Shown: positions 26,400 to 39,572 of the stretch, one piece after another
How the letters are laid out: every line of letters starts with the position of its first letter
How positions within the stretch are numbered: position 1 is the first letter of the stretch
Source: Octopus bimaculoides
Lineage: Eukaryota
NCBI RefSeq assembly: GCF_001194135.2
Contig: NC_068986.1
Coordinates: 41,260,661-41,324,660 of the forward strand
Direction: 5' to 3'
DNA: 64,000 bases
Notes under the pieces: model-generated
Seen by the model: the letters and a program-made list of their open reading frames with translations, nothing else
Databases searched by the model: none
What the model was told of the DNA's origin: nothing
Translations under genes and position numbers: made by a program

Positions 26400-26830
26400 G
26401 GTCATAGTTGTGTAGTTAAGAAGCTTATTAATGAACTGCATAGTTTCAGGTTCATGTTCACTGCACAGCACCTTGGACAAATGTCTTCTACTATAGCCTT
26501 GGACCAACCAAAGTTTCGAGTGAATATGTTTGAAGACACGAGCCTATTGTATGCATGTGTGTTGAAAGAAGCCCATTGTATTTATGTATGATTACATTAA
26601 TGCTTCTCCAAAAATTGCTCAGTTGTGTGCAGTGACATTATTGTCAAATCTCGTGCCATTTGATTGTCCACTGACTTTTCACCTTTGAAGACATGTGGAA
26701 TAATATATCCCTTACTTGAAAAACAGGTAAAGATTAGTGACAAGAAGGGTATCTAGTTGTAAAATAATGCCTTAATGACAATTTATCTAAGCTGTACTAG
26801 CATTAGTAAAAAAAATGGATGTAAAAAATG
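26400..26830 (+). mobile_element. SINE family B, decayed
   Basis: Head GCACCTTGGACAAATGTCTTCTACTATAGCC and tail CTTACTTGAAAAACAGGTAAAGATTAGTGAC. Confidence 0.65.
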
Positions 26831-28419
26831 AGTGAACATTATTAAAACAGAATCATATCTAATAGTAATTTGGTAATTGGTTACTATTCATAATTTAACC
26901 ATTGTATCTATTAAATACTTGTTTACTTATAAATGATGGCTTACTTGTTGCAACATTCCAAAGAGCTAAGGCCTCTGAGTTGGGAAATTTTAATAGTCAG
27001 AATAATAGTTGAGTACAAGTTTTGAGAATGGTTTAATATCAGAACTGCTTAGGCTTCTGAACTTATACTTAAAGCATTCAATGGGATGTATTTATAATAC
27101 TTCAGTAATATCAGTAACTAACTATATTGACAGAATTAAAATAAAAGATGATATATTGAACTGGAATTTTAAGTTAACGCTGATAGTTTTTGAATGTTCT
27201 TTGGTACCGAGTAGTTGACATTCAACCATTAACAACTGACGAAAGAAAAGTTTTCTCTCAATCTCCATAATGCCATGCTGTTCATATCTCTCAACATTTT
27301 AATGTATCTAGTCCTGAATTACACAAGTGCTATTGTAACAAATTTTATTCATGCAACAAATTTTGCTTTTTAATATTTATAGACTCAAATCCATTTTCCT
27401 ATCTATACATCTCACTGCAAATAAACAAGCATTTTTCTTTCTTTGAATTGCTATGAAAAATTCTATTCAGAATTTTTCTCAGTATAGTAGCAACGAACTC
27501 TAAAAAAAAATACTACTCATTTCCATCCTATACAAGTGATTTTCTACATTAAGACTTTATTCAAAAAGATATTTGTTTAAAAGAGAGAAAAAGAAATCCA
27601 TGCCCATTTTGTTGTTGGACTATTTTACTTTCTATTTTTCTTTTCTGTAAATTTAAGATATTGGAATTTTCCTGGGACCTTTTAGTTATGCAATACTTTT
27701 TGATGCAATGTGAAAAAAAAAATGTTAACAGATTTATAGAATTTTAATGGCAGTGTGTTACAGCTTATGTAATATATTTTGAATTTTTGCACTTTGTGAT
27801 TATATATTGACAAGGATTGAGCAAATGTTCCACTGTTCTATAAAAATAGATTTTAGTGTTTTTATGTTCAAGTTGATTTTATCTTTGATCATCCCAGCCT
27901 TTCATTAAGCCCCTGCATCATAATGTCTGATTACTTTCTTACAAGTTTTTCTTAGTTTACTTCCACCACAGGCTTTCTTCACTAGTGATTCACAGCAATT
28001 TCTTTTTTTTTTTTTTTTTACCCTGGTATATATCATATTTGAAATCATTTCGTAGCTATATAAAAGCCATTAACATTTTTGTGTTACTGATTAAAAAAAT
28101 TGGTTCATAGACACTTAATGGTACTTAAAAAAAAATAGTCCACTTTTATATTCGTTTCTTTTTTCTTTTTATGTAGGAGCTTTTAAATGCAATTATTCAT
28201 TGTATATAATAGTTCAGTCACCTTAATTTGTGCTAAAGCATAAGGATTTCAGAAAGCTTTCATTTAAAGTTGAGTAGATTTATAACACAGACGTAAGTGA
28301 TTTAAAAAATTGCTTAATTGGCGTTCTCATTAGTTTTTTATTGAGGGTGAGGTTTATTAATTTTAGTGTTTATATTTAAGTTGAAGAGGTTTATCATAAT
28401 TTTATGTAAGAACTTTTTT

Positions 28420-28552
28420 TTAATTAGGTTTCAGACACCAGCTTTAATATTGAAGAAGTTAGTTGTTTTTCTTATTGTCTTCGACTATTTTAAAAGCCAG
28501 TTCAGTCACACAGTGTATTTTATTACAATATATGGTAACAAAAGGATGAACA
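28420..28552 (-). mobile_element. piggyBac-type MITE family B, fragment
   Basis: CACCAGCTTTAAT...ATATGGTAACAAAAGG resembles 4640-4882. Confidence 0.4.
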
Positions 28553-28764
28553 TAAGGACCACATTTTTAGAGAAGATAGTTTGATGAGGTTAATTTCATT
28601 GCTATATTGAGTCTCTCTGTACTGTAGGCATTGAGATGTCACATTAAATTGGTTAACAAATTCATCTGTTGTTTTTCAAACAAATAACATCATTGAGTAA
28701 TCGTCCTCTGTGATATAGTTTTTTTCATGTGTTAATTTTTCATACCTATCAGTGTACAGTATTA

Positions 28765-28884
28765 TATGAGGGGGGGGGGGGTCTATGAAAAATTTTGAGC
28801 CTTGAAGTCTTGTACCTTCATCAGAAGTCTTGTACCATATTTTGTTTTTTTTTGAGGCTCAAGACTTTTCATACACCCCTCGTA
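28765..28884. mobile_element. mariner-type MITE (about 120 bp)
   Basis: TA-TGAGGG...CTATGAAAAATTTTGAGCCT versus AGGCTCAAGACTTTTCATACACCCCTCG-TA; TACGAGGG-type termini and TA flanks. Confidence 0.75.
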
Positions 28885-30315
28885 CATCCACTCAGTGGTT
28901 CTCTCTTCATTACTATGGTAAGTACAGCAAAGCTTAGATTTTTCCAAGGGGGTTTAATAATATTAACACATGTTGGGTTGTCTTCCATGTTTACTGAAAT
29001 CATTAAACTAATATTAGTCATTGAGTTAATGTTGTCTTTTCCTCACTGCATAGATATTTCTAATTAAAGTTTTGATTAAATGTTAACACTAACTTAACTA
29101 TTATATTTTTCATGTTGTTGATGCCACTGAATAACTAATCTCAATGATAAATTCTTTTTATAGGATATTGACTACCTTGATAATGAGCTAAAAACTTCCC
29201 ACTGCATGGTTCATAACTCTGTCTGACAGATTTCATTCTACTTCACAATTGAATGGTTTAACTATAGGAAAACAGTAAAATTTGCTGCAACAATAACCTT
29301 CCCACTCAAGGTTACAGGAAACATTTAAGATAGTAAAAGATGAATCAGTTTAACAACTCCGTAATAGTTATGTTGTTAGTGTATAAGAACAGTTGCTTCT
29401 TAGAAAATTAAGTTGGTGAATCAAGACCTTTACCAAAATGCTTTCTTACAACATAAAGATAACTAGGGATCAATTTTTTTTTTATATACTTAGGGTAGTT
29501 TATCTTTGTATTTACATTTTAGCTCTTTACTATATGCTTGGGATGCTCTGCGTAGTCCATTTCAGTTATAAATACTAAGTCACTATATCTGTATTGTAGC
29601 CTTTTTAACTTGTTTTTTGATTGGATTCTATTCAATACTTTTGATGAGGCCTAATTTCTATGACTCATGCCAACATGATAGAACATATAAAAAAAAAAAG
29701 GATGATTATGATATTTGATATGAACTAAGCAGAAGATTTGATTTTGTTTTGTGATATATAAGTAGGTAGTGAGTGTGAAGATTAAATTGTTGGATCTAAC
29801 ATAAAATTTAAGTTTGCTAAAATAGCTTTATATTCTCGACGTTTTGCTTATTTAGTCTCAGATGACCTTACATTTAAGTAGTGACTGGAATTAAAACCTT
29901 TTAAGCAAAAACAGCTTCCCTATTAAAGTTAGAATTCTTGTTCTGTCATAGTTAATCAATCATGAAATGAGTGGAATGCTCCTGATAAACCAAGGCCATG
30001 AGCTGGTTCTAATTCTTGCTGAAGCCTTTTCACTTTACTCGTGTTAATCATTAAAACCCTTAGGAAATGCATGAATGTTATGACATTTCATTGTTCTTCT
30101 CCATTAAAATATAAACCATTGTGTTTAATCCATGTAACCATTTCATTTGGATAGGTAAAATCGTTGAAGCAGTATTTTTTCCATCTCTTCACATTCTAAG
30201 TTCAATTCTTACTTTGCTTTTCATCCTTTTGAAGTCAATAAAATATCAGTCAAATGCTGGGGCAATTTTAATGTATTAGTTCCACCAATTTCTGACTTTG
30301 TTTCTATGTAAGGAA

Positions 30316-30684
30316 TTATTACCTCTGCCTTAGCGAAGGCAGAGGTATTGTTTGCAGTTGTGTTTGTTTGTTTGTCCATGGATAAGATATCTCAAGAACC
30401 GCTGGATGGATTCGAATGAAAGTTTCAGGGATGTTTAGCTTTGTGACTGGCACAGACTGATTAGATTTGGGGATCAATCTGGTACTGGACAAGGATTCTG
30501 GATTATTTTTCCCGTTTATTTACTTAATTTTTGAGAACAGTCGGGTTCATTTTTAGTATTCTTGTTTGTGAGAGCAGTCAAGTTTATTTCAGATATTCTT
30601 ATTGTAAAAATCATCTCCAGCTAATCGTTGAGAGGAGGTTGGTGTTACCTTGGCAGAGATTTGCACTCTCTGAGTGCTCTTGTT
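30316..30684 (+). mobile_element. Helentron-associated non-autonomous element (HINE/DINE-1-like)
   Basis: 5' 12-bp palindrome TACCTCTGCCTT-AGCG-AAGGCAGAGGTA, short TTTG microsatellite, 3' subterminal repeat GGCAGAGAT, terminal hairpin GCACTC-TCT-GAGTGC, T-rich ends. Confidence 0.75.
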
Positions 30685-31865
30685 ATTGTTGTTTCAATTA
30701 CCAGTTGTAAACACATGCATACAGGGAGCATTTCCCAGTTTCCATCTTATCAAATCCATTGTCAGTCTCATTGCTGGAATCTTAGGCAAATGCTTTTACT
30801 TCTCCTGGTATACCAAATCCACTTACAAGGCTTTGGTCTGCCTGGTGATATAGAAGACACTTGCCCAAATAAATAAATAGATAAACCATCAATTTAACTG
30901 GTAATATAATATTATCAGTATATTATGAAACTTCCATCAACCAAAGATACATCAATAGATAAATCACCTATACAACAAATATTTAAAAGACATTATTTGT
31001 TAATCACTTGATTGTTGTTAGGAAAACTGAAAAAGCAAAAACAATAAAAGCAATACAAAATATGAATTCATTAATTCACAATCTAGCCCATTAACACTTG
31101 TTTCTCTTACTTTTTAAATCTTAATTTATCTGAACAAATAGCAATACACCCACTTCAACAAATTTATTAAGTTGTCCATGTTATTGAAATATGCACTAAA
31201 TAGACCTGAAAGTGTGGATTGTTTTAAAGGGGGGTACATTTCATTGCTAAATCAGAAAATTATCTGACTACCTAGAAAGGTGTCATCATCTTTCATACTT
31301 TCATATTAAACATGACAGTTTTTCTTTCTTTATCACTATCTCGAATACAACATTGCACAAATATAGAGCAATCACAGGTACCCAACATTTGCCAGAATTG
31401 GATTATGTTTGGAGCTTTGCGAAAGTCATATTTAGATATGTGTTTATCACTCCTGTAATGACACTATAAATTAAATCCTCCTCCTCCATCACCACTACCC
31501 TATTCTTTCTTATTAATTCATCTTGTAATTGTTACATTGGTCGTTTTAAAGCTGTGAAAGTCATTTACAAAATTGAAAACATAAGATAAAAAATATTCTG
31601 CCATACTGTATAATCAGCTGAAATTTGTTTGATCATATATGTATGTGAGTTACCATTGAAAAAAAAAAAAAAAATCATTATTTAATTGCAGAACTATAAT
31701 CGTTGTTTAGTAGAGATTATTTTAATGCAAGTATAGAAAACTTTATATTGACTGATTCACACTTGCTATTTTGATGTTTCTCTATTTTGTTATTAATGTC
31801 AAAAGAAACCTTTCACCACTTGTGATGCTGGAGTAGTTGGTCATAAATTTCTCATTCTCTTTTCT

Positions 31866-31872
31866 CTCTTTC

Positions 31873-31963
<91 letters not shown>

Positions 31964-31975
31964 TATCTATCTATC
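31866..31975. repeat. (CT)n microsatellite plus (ATCT)n
   Basis: Directly visible. Confidence 0.95.
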
Positions 31976-32390
31976 TCCCACTATCTCTTTCCTTCTCTCA
32001 CATCCTTTTCTTTCATTTGCTAACTTATTTTCACATTTAAAAATAAAATGAGCCAAGGGAAATCTCTAAAAGGCGCGAATGATATAAATTTTGGAAAATA
32101 AGGTCAGAGATGATATAGTGAATGCTATAGGCACAAAATACTTATTTGATTGAAGTGTTTTCTGTTTTTTCCATATGAGAGGAAATTTTCACATCAGAAC
32201 TTTTAGTATATGGCATTCAGTTCATCATTCCTTATTTAAATTCCTGTTGGCCTATTTGGGTTTTTCCCTCTTAGCTCATTTTATTGTTTTTGTTAGTGGT
32301 ACAAATTATGCTGGCCAAAAATTTATTCATAACTTTTTTTATATGTAAAAGTCTTTGTTGACTGATCAAACTAGTCTGAGTAGTTTGTAT

Positions 32391-32432
32391 ACTAAGCTGA
32401 TGAGGCCTAATGGACAGAAACATGTCCATAGT
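32391..32432 (+). ncRNA. Minimal hammerhead ribozyme-like motif, degenerate
   Basis: ACTAAG-CTGATGA-GGCCTAATGGACA-GAAAC-AT-GTC-CATAGT; stem I has 5 of 6 pairs, stem II is imperfect. Confidence 0.5.
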
Positions 32433-33061
32433 TGTCCCATTCAAATGAGCATTAATTTCTTTTAAACATGTAAATTAACTTTGAGATCAGTTCTTAATTT
32501 CTTCAAATTGTCTTCTAGTTTCTTTGAGAGTTGCTTGAGAGTTTACCTTCCAGAAATAAAATAGAAACTTTGAGAACTTTTTATGTACAAGTTTCCAGTG
32601 CACCACCCACACCTCATATTTAGCAATCAGATGTATATGTGGAAGCACACATTCAGCTAACACTTTTATATACGATAATATATAATATTTGGATTTTTTT
32701 AAAATAGTATTTCAAATTGATATTGTTTCTCCATGTTTTATTGTATTTTATTTTCATTCTTTCATATTAAATTACAAATGTCTTTTTTGAATAATACTGT
32801 GTTAAATCTCTTGAGATGTTCACACATATTTGAGTGGATATCTTGAATGTGGATTCCATAAATCCTGCTTAATATTATCTCATTCATAATTAACACCGAT
32901 CAGTGTGTCTTTGAAAGAGATTTTGTTACATATGTTTATCTCTTTCTTAATGACTTATGCATGAGATCTGGAGGGACAAGTAGGCTGAGATTCAGTTTAG
33001 ATATCTGATTTTTGTTATTGTAACTCAGTTTATTTTTCCCCCATAGTCAAACAAAATATTG

Positions 33062-33275
33062 ATTTTAAATTTTGGTGCAAGGCTAGCAATTTCAAGGAGA
33101 TGGTAAGTCAATTACAGCGTCACCAGTGATCAACTGGTTCTTCTTTTATTGAATCCAAAGTCGATCAAAAGGAGGCAAAGTCGATCTTGATGGAATTTGA
33201 ACTCAGAACGTACAGATGGGTGAAATCCTGCTAAGTATTTGCCCAGCATGCTAATGATTCTGCCAGCTTGATGCC
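33062..33275 (-). mobile_element. SINE family C
   Basis: GGAATTTGAACTCAGAACG...ATGATTCTGCC is the reverse complement of the family C head. Confidence 0.75.
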
Positions 33276-33299
33276 CAAGTTAAACAAAATATTACCTTA

Positions 33300-33455
33300 T
33301 TGTTTCTGTTCTTAGTTCAAATACCACTGAGGTCAGCTTTGCTTTTCATCTTTTCAAGGTCAATAAAGTGTCAGTTAAGTACTAGGGTTGATATAATTGA
33401 CTACCTTACCCCACCTCCCCCATCTGCTAACCTTGTAGCAAAAATCTGAAACAGT
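33300..33455 (+). mobile_element. SINE family C fragment
   Basis: GTTCAAATACCACTGAGGTCAGCTTTGCTTTTCATC. Confidence 0.65.
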
Positions 33456-33474
33456 TATAATTATTATTTTTGTT

Positions 33475-33675
33475 GTTAAGGTGATTAACTGATAAAGTTA
33501 GCATGCCAGACAAAATGCCTAGTGATATTTTTTGTTTCTTTACTTTCTAAGCTCAAATTTCACCTTTCAGGGTTGATAAAATAAATACCAGTCAAGTACT
33601 AGGATTGATGTATTCAACTGGTCCCTTCACAAAAAACTTCAGGCCTTGTGCCTATCATAGAAAGGAATATTGCTG
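33475..33675 (+). mobile_element. SINE family C, decayed
   Basis: CCTTTCAGGGTTGATAAAATAAATACCAGTC...GGCCTTGTGCC. Confidence 0.65.
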
Positions 33676-33749
33676 TTATTATTAGGATGACACAATCACT
33701 ACAGCATTGGACAAAATGCCTTGCAGTATTTGTTTTTTGCTTTTTGCTA

Positions 33750-34253
33750 AGATCTACTATACCCATCATGACTACTGGTCTGATAGGGGTACACCGGGCA
33801 CATGCATCACAACCATATATGCACGACATAGTGATCTCATATCAAGATTAACAGTGCATGACCTTGCAGGTGGGGCCCAGTTAGAATTTTCTTCAGATCG
33901 AGTAGCCCATCCCGCTCAAAAGATCCCTGAATAAGGGTGGTTTCAGGATATTGAATGAAACACCTATGTTTCCAAAGGTGAATTATCCAAACTCCAAAGA
34001 ATTCCTCTCAACACATGGCTATGATGCTCCCCAACTACTTCTGCTCGTGATCAGAGATGCACATAGCGTCAGCCACTAAGGGACATGCTCAACTGGTTAA
34101 GGTTAAACAACTGACAAGTAAATCTGTGGTATTGAGCAGAATATTTGCTGTAGTCCATCTTTTATACCAAGACAAAACAATGTACATGATAACACTTCCA
34201 AGCAGTTAAGATAAGAAGCCATGAAAGCCACTGCCTGGTACTGCATCAGGGCA
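33750..34253. mobile_element. About 500-bp interspersed repeat abutting a (TTA)n tract
   Basis: Richer in GC and CpG than the flanks, with a sharp junction at CAGGGCAT-ATTATT; I recall it as a common octopus repeat; class unverified. Confidence 0.55.
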
Positions 34254-34284
34254 TATTATTATTATTATTATAATTATGATTATG

Positions 34285-34316
<32 letters not shown>
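34254..34316. repeat. (TTA)n microsatellite, interrupted
   Basis: Directly visible. Confidence 0.9.
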
Positions 34317-34318
<2 letters not shown>

Positions 34319-34590
34319 GGCCTAGTGGTGAGAACATTGCATTCACAATTACTAGATCATGATTTTAATTCCTAGATTGAGTGGTGCATTGTGTTTTTGA
34401 GTAAAACACTTCATCTCATGTTGCTCTACTGTCATTTCAACACTTGATATGTGGCACACTGTGCACCTGTTCAGACAACATCGATTTGATGGAGAGAGTG
34501 AGCTAATGTGTGGCATGAACATTTGATCACTATAAACAAATCATTTGTACAAGTCGTTCAGCAAAAACTGAACACTCGTCTTTGGTGGAA
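34316..34590 (+). mobile_element. tRNA-derived SINE, family D
   Basis: A-box-like TGGCCTAGTGGT, decayed B-box, body TTTTGAGTAAAACACTTCATCTCATGTTGCTC. Confidence 0.5.
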
Positions 34591-35848
34591 GGGTCTATTA
34601 TTATTATCATTATTCTACTGAGGTCAACTTTGCCTTTCATTCTTTCAGGGTCAGTAAATTAAATACCAGTCATGTACGAGGTTCAATGTAATTGACTTGC
34701 TTCTCCTCTTAGAAAATGCTGGCTCTGTGCCAAAATATTTGTTGTTATTATTTTCGAGCCCTTTGTGTTCTGATTTCAAATCCCACTAAGGTCAGTCATG
34801 TTTTTTTAATTCCATTAGAAACAAGTACTATTGAGCAGAGGGTTAAATCCCAACAAAGCATAATCTGTGACCTGATTGTAACTATTTCTCTTTACATGTA
34901 ATTCTGATGCCTTTGAGGAAAAGGCATTAGTCTAAACTACCATTTTCTCCCCTACTCGAAGTCGATAACTAATCCCCTAATCGTAGAATATTTTTACCTC
35001 ATAATCAGAGCTATCTTTGTGTGAGCTGTAATAAATATTTTATCACTTTATAATAGTATATAGTAGTAGCGTACATATTTGTTTTTGTTCACTCCCCCAG
35101 AACATAGCATTACATTTGCTATTTGTCTATAGAGACATTTTGATTAATGTGTTATACAGTGCAGTGTTCTGTGTGCATGCGTGTGTGTGTGTGTGTGCAC
35201 ATGCACATCTGATATTGTAACTGGATTGTACTGTTTTTTTTTAATAATATTGCATATCAATTTTCCTACATCATGTTTTGTTTTAGACATGTATATGTCT
35301 ATCTTCAAATTTATATGCACAAATCTTTTTTATCCACATTACTCTTTTGCAGAGAGATTTTGGTTGTTATTGAATTGCCAGTTTATTCTTATGAATAATT
35401 ATACCATTACCAAGATTTTCTTTTTAATTTGTTCTTGACAAAAACTTGAGAAGCGATGGACTAAATGCTGCACAGCATTTAGTTCTCTTATTCAGAGTCC
35501 AGTTTAGGGTCCAAAATGTAAGGTTCAGTAACCTATTTCAATCAGTTATAGCCTCTTCTACAAAGATTGTTAGTGTGAGTAATCAGATGAAGCCAAGAGA
35601 GTTCTCCAACTGATCCTTCTTAAAAAAAAATGTCATTTCACTACCTTCAAGCTCAATCATAAATGCATATATGCAAATGATTTGAAAAATAATTGGAAAT
35701 CATTTTTGTTCTCTACCCTGATTTTATTAATAGATGATTTGATCATTGATCTTATCTCTCTCTCTAATGTGTGTGAGAGAGGTTTATTACAATAATTTAC
35801 AGTAGGCCTTTCATCAAATTTCAAAACCTAGTGGACTTTAATTGACAC

Positions 35849-35905
35849 TTTCCCATTATTGTTGATGAGTGCACTGATATAACAGTTGTATAATTGTTGT
35901 TTAAT
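35849..35905 (+). pseudogene. hAT-superfamily transposase trace
   Basis: Translates FPIIVDECTDITVV*LL, resembling the hAT first catalytic-Asp motif FSIxxDE(S/T)TDIS; stop codons on both sides. Confidence 0.4.
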
Positions 35906-36245
35906 CTAACTATATTTGACACTAATCTGAATGCTTCGCCCTGCAAAGTATATTTTCAGATTAGAAAGAACTGCTATTAATGTATGTAATCTCACACTGA
36001 TGGGCAACATGATGAAATCTGTATTAAAAAATACTGCTCAGCACATGTTTTAACTTCCCACCGAGCTTATAAAAGGTAGTCATTTGAATTATTCAGTGGA
36101 TCAGCTAATTTTTCTCTTGATGAACTCTTCATAATACATAAAATGAGGGCCATATTCCCACAATAATGATAGTCAGCAATAGTGTTTGATACTTTGATCA
36201 GCAGCTTATTGTTTTTCTCTCATTGCACCCTGCTTCTCACTCTCA

Positions 36246-36287
<42 letters not shown>

Positions 36288-38328
36288 TGTCCAAATACAA
36301 ATGACCAGATCCATTATTTTTAACTGCAGTATTCTCAGAGTTTACTCTTAAATGTTTCCACTTAGTGAAATGGCTTCATGGGCATATTCTTCCTCATAGG
36401 GTTTTCATTATTTCCATCTTCTGTAGATCATGTCTTGCATTAAATAACAGCCACCAATCTTTTCCAGAAATGTACCTCCCTTATTAGTTGTGAGTTTCTC
36501 TTTTCAACCACTGTGTAGTGGTTTTGGTATACATCATTAGGTGTACATCTTGTGTAAAGTTCCCTAATTTGAAAGTATAGCCAAATTTTCAATTTATTTT
36601 GTTATATTTGTATTAAACATAGATTTTGTGTTTCAGTAACACCAATATATCATGTCAGGACTATTTTTGTAATTTAGAGCATGGGCTGTGAATTAGTACC
36701 TTTTTTTCTCTCTCTACAAAGTTCAAATCTTTTTTCAAGTCTTAAAATGTGATAGAAAATATTGCTGAGGTATGATAAAAATTTGATTTCTCTATATCTT
36801 AGCTTAGGTAGCAGAGTAGAACTGCGTCACACATATTTAGTTAATGCAATCAACATCCCTTTCTATTTCCTGTTTGTATTATTACAGTTCTATTGTTATA
36901 GCACAATGTATGACATGCTGTCAACGTTTTCACTATCAGACTAACAACGTAACATTTCTTTGAGTGAGTGCATGCATCCTTGCATGCACATGACCATAAC
37001 TTACTTGTGCAATCATTTCAAAGGACTGAGATGCAGGAAAGAAAGAATAGATTAAACCAACTAAAATATTATACAAAAAAGAAACAAAATGTTTGTGTGT
37101 TATATTCAATGAAACGATATTAACTTTGTAGATCATATCTTAAAGTAGGATAGAGCGTGATGTTTTATCATATTTTTTTATTTTCTTTTATACAATTTAT
37201 TGATTATTGCTGATAGACATTTTTTTTATATTTGATTGGACAAAGATCAATAACTCCCTCGAGCCTTAGAGTATTTTTTAAATATTAAATCCTGAATTTC
37301 TATAATCTTTCTTTTATGAATTTTTAAAAAGAAGGAAAATACACACCAAACAAATAAAACGAGCCAAGCCAAACAATTGCTAAAATTTTTAGCAATTCAT
37401 ATGGAATATTAAACTGCATCAGGCAAAGTTCAATATTTATATAATGCAAAATATTCAATAATTCTTTCTCAGCTAAAAAAAAAAGTAAATATTCTGTGTA
37501 ATCCACCATTGGATGTGACATTTTAAGTTGATATTGGTTTTCAAGCTGATATTGTGGAGCCATATCATTTTTCATATAACTGTTGGTACTGGGAAATAAT
37601 TTCTGTGTTGTACTGTTAGAGAGCAATTTCTAATAAATAATTATTTTCATATAAATACAAATGTACAGTGATACAACCAATATGTTTTCTTCAATGAGGT
37701 ATAGAAGTCTACTGCAGTTAGATTTGAACATAAAATGCAAAGGGGTGTATCTAAATATCCAATACAAGTCAGTTTGGTGCTCTCCGAATTCTACCTACCA
37801 TCTATTGCCTTATTGTTATAAATATGAGAAAATAGATTTGTTTTGCAATAATCTTGTGTATATAAGAATACATGTATACTTGTCAGCAAGTATTATGCTG
37901 GCGTAGGTTTCAAGGTAAGTTACATCCAGAAGAACATCAATCTTTAACATCTAACCTGAGAACACAAAATCTCTTAAGTTGATGAAAGAACTGCTACATT
38001 GATGATTGACCTGCTAAAGTAGCAACCAAATATTCTTATCAGGCTTTACTATCTTAAAAAAAAAAAGAAAGGACCACATTGGATAATACAGTCCAGATTA
38101 CCTCATTCATAGAAAAGCATAAAAGTCATTTACTGGTAACAAATGGAATGCCTTTGATTATAAGTTTCTTCAGCCAGAACTGATTTGCTAAACACCTACT
38201 TTCATTCTCTAAGTAGTGTTCAAGGCATGTATGCACACTCCCTTGTAAACAGTTACTCTATATTTATACATAATCTGCAAAATAGTTATCATGGTATTTA
38301 AACTAAACCTTTCTAGTTTTAATACTAT

Positions 38329-38804
38329 TCTTTTACTCTTTTACCTGTTTCAGTCATTTGACTGTGGCCATGCTGGAGCACCACCTTTAGTCGAGCAAAT
38401 CGACCCCAGGACTTATTCTTTGTAAGCCTAGTACTTATTCTATCAGTCTCTTTTGCCGAACCTCTAAGTTACGTGGACGTAAACACACCAGCATTGGTTG
38501 TCAAGCGATGTTNNNNNNNNNNNNNNNNNNNNNNNNNNNNNNNNNNNNNNNNNNNNNNNNNNNNNNNNNNNNNNNNNNNNNNNNNNNGGGGGGGGGGGGA
38601 CAAACACAGACACACAAACATACATATATACATATATACGACAGGCTTCTTTCAGTTTCTGTCTACCAAATCTACTCACAAGGCTTTGGTCGGCCCGAGG
38701 CTATAGTAGAAGACACTTGCCCAAGGTGCCACACAGTGGGACTGAACCCAGAACCATGTAGTTGGTAAGCAAGCTACTTACCACACAGCCACTCCTACAC
38801 CTAT
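38329..38804 (-). mobile_element. SINE family A, near full length and relatively young
   Basis: Head, central G-run and (CA/TA) spacer, and tail all present; spans a 75-N gap. Confidence 0.85.
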
Positions 38805-39379
38805 AATAACTATTTTATCTTCCATTTTCCTGAGTAAAGATACTCAATTATGAAATACCATATTTGCGTATAACATATAGATCTAATTATGGTTAACAAA
38901 ATTCTAGGTAAAAAATTACAATACTTATTAACATTTCTTTAGTACTGTAATTTATGAAAAATAATACTGTTAAATTTATTATAACTACTGTACAAAATAC
39001 TTTGAGAAAGTTCACATATAGTAAACAAAACAAAATGAATTAGAAAGTGAGCTTTGAACTTTACAGTTGCAGGCCATGGAAATTATGTAATGTTTTCAAT
39101 ATTGTTTACTGAAAACTATCTTATTTTCTGACATGGAGCTAAACAACAACAACAAAGATAATAAAAAAAATGAAACTGCTAAAAGAGTATGAAATGAAAA
39201 GAATCTACAGAGAAAATGATCAACTATCAACATGAAGTGGAGACTGTCTTTCAAACTATTGAACCCCAAAATTCTGTAATCACTTGTGTTCCCTGAAAGG
39301 GGAGTAATAATGTTATTGTGTACCAAATCTTGACAACAAATATGTTTAAAAACTTCAGATATGAAACACTTTACTCACT

Positions 39380-39536
39380 ATATAGTTATGAAGTTCACTT
39401 CCCAGCCACCTGGTTTCAGGTTCAGTCCCACTTTGTAGCACCTTGGGCAAATGTCTTTTACTATTATAGTGCCAGACAGACAGACCAAAGACTTGTGAGT
39501 GGATTTCATAGACAGAAACTGAAGAAAAGTCAGCTT

Positions 39537-39572
<36 letters not shown>

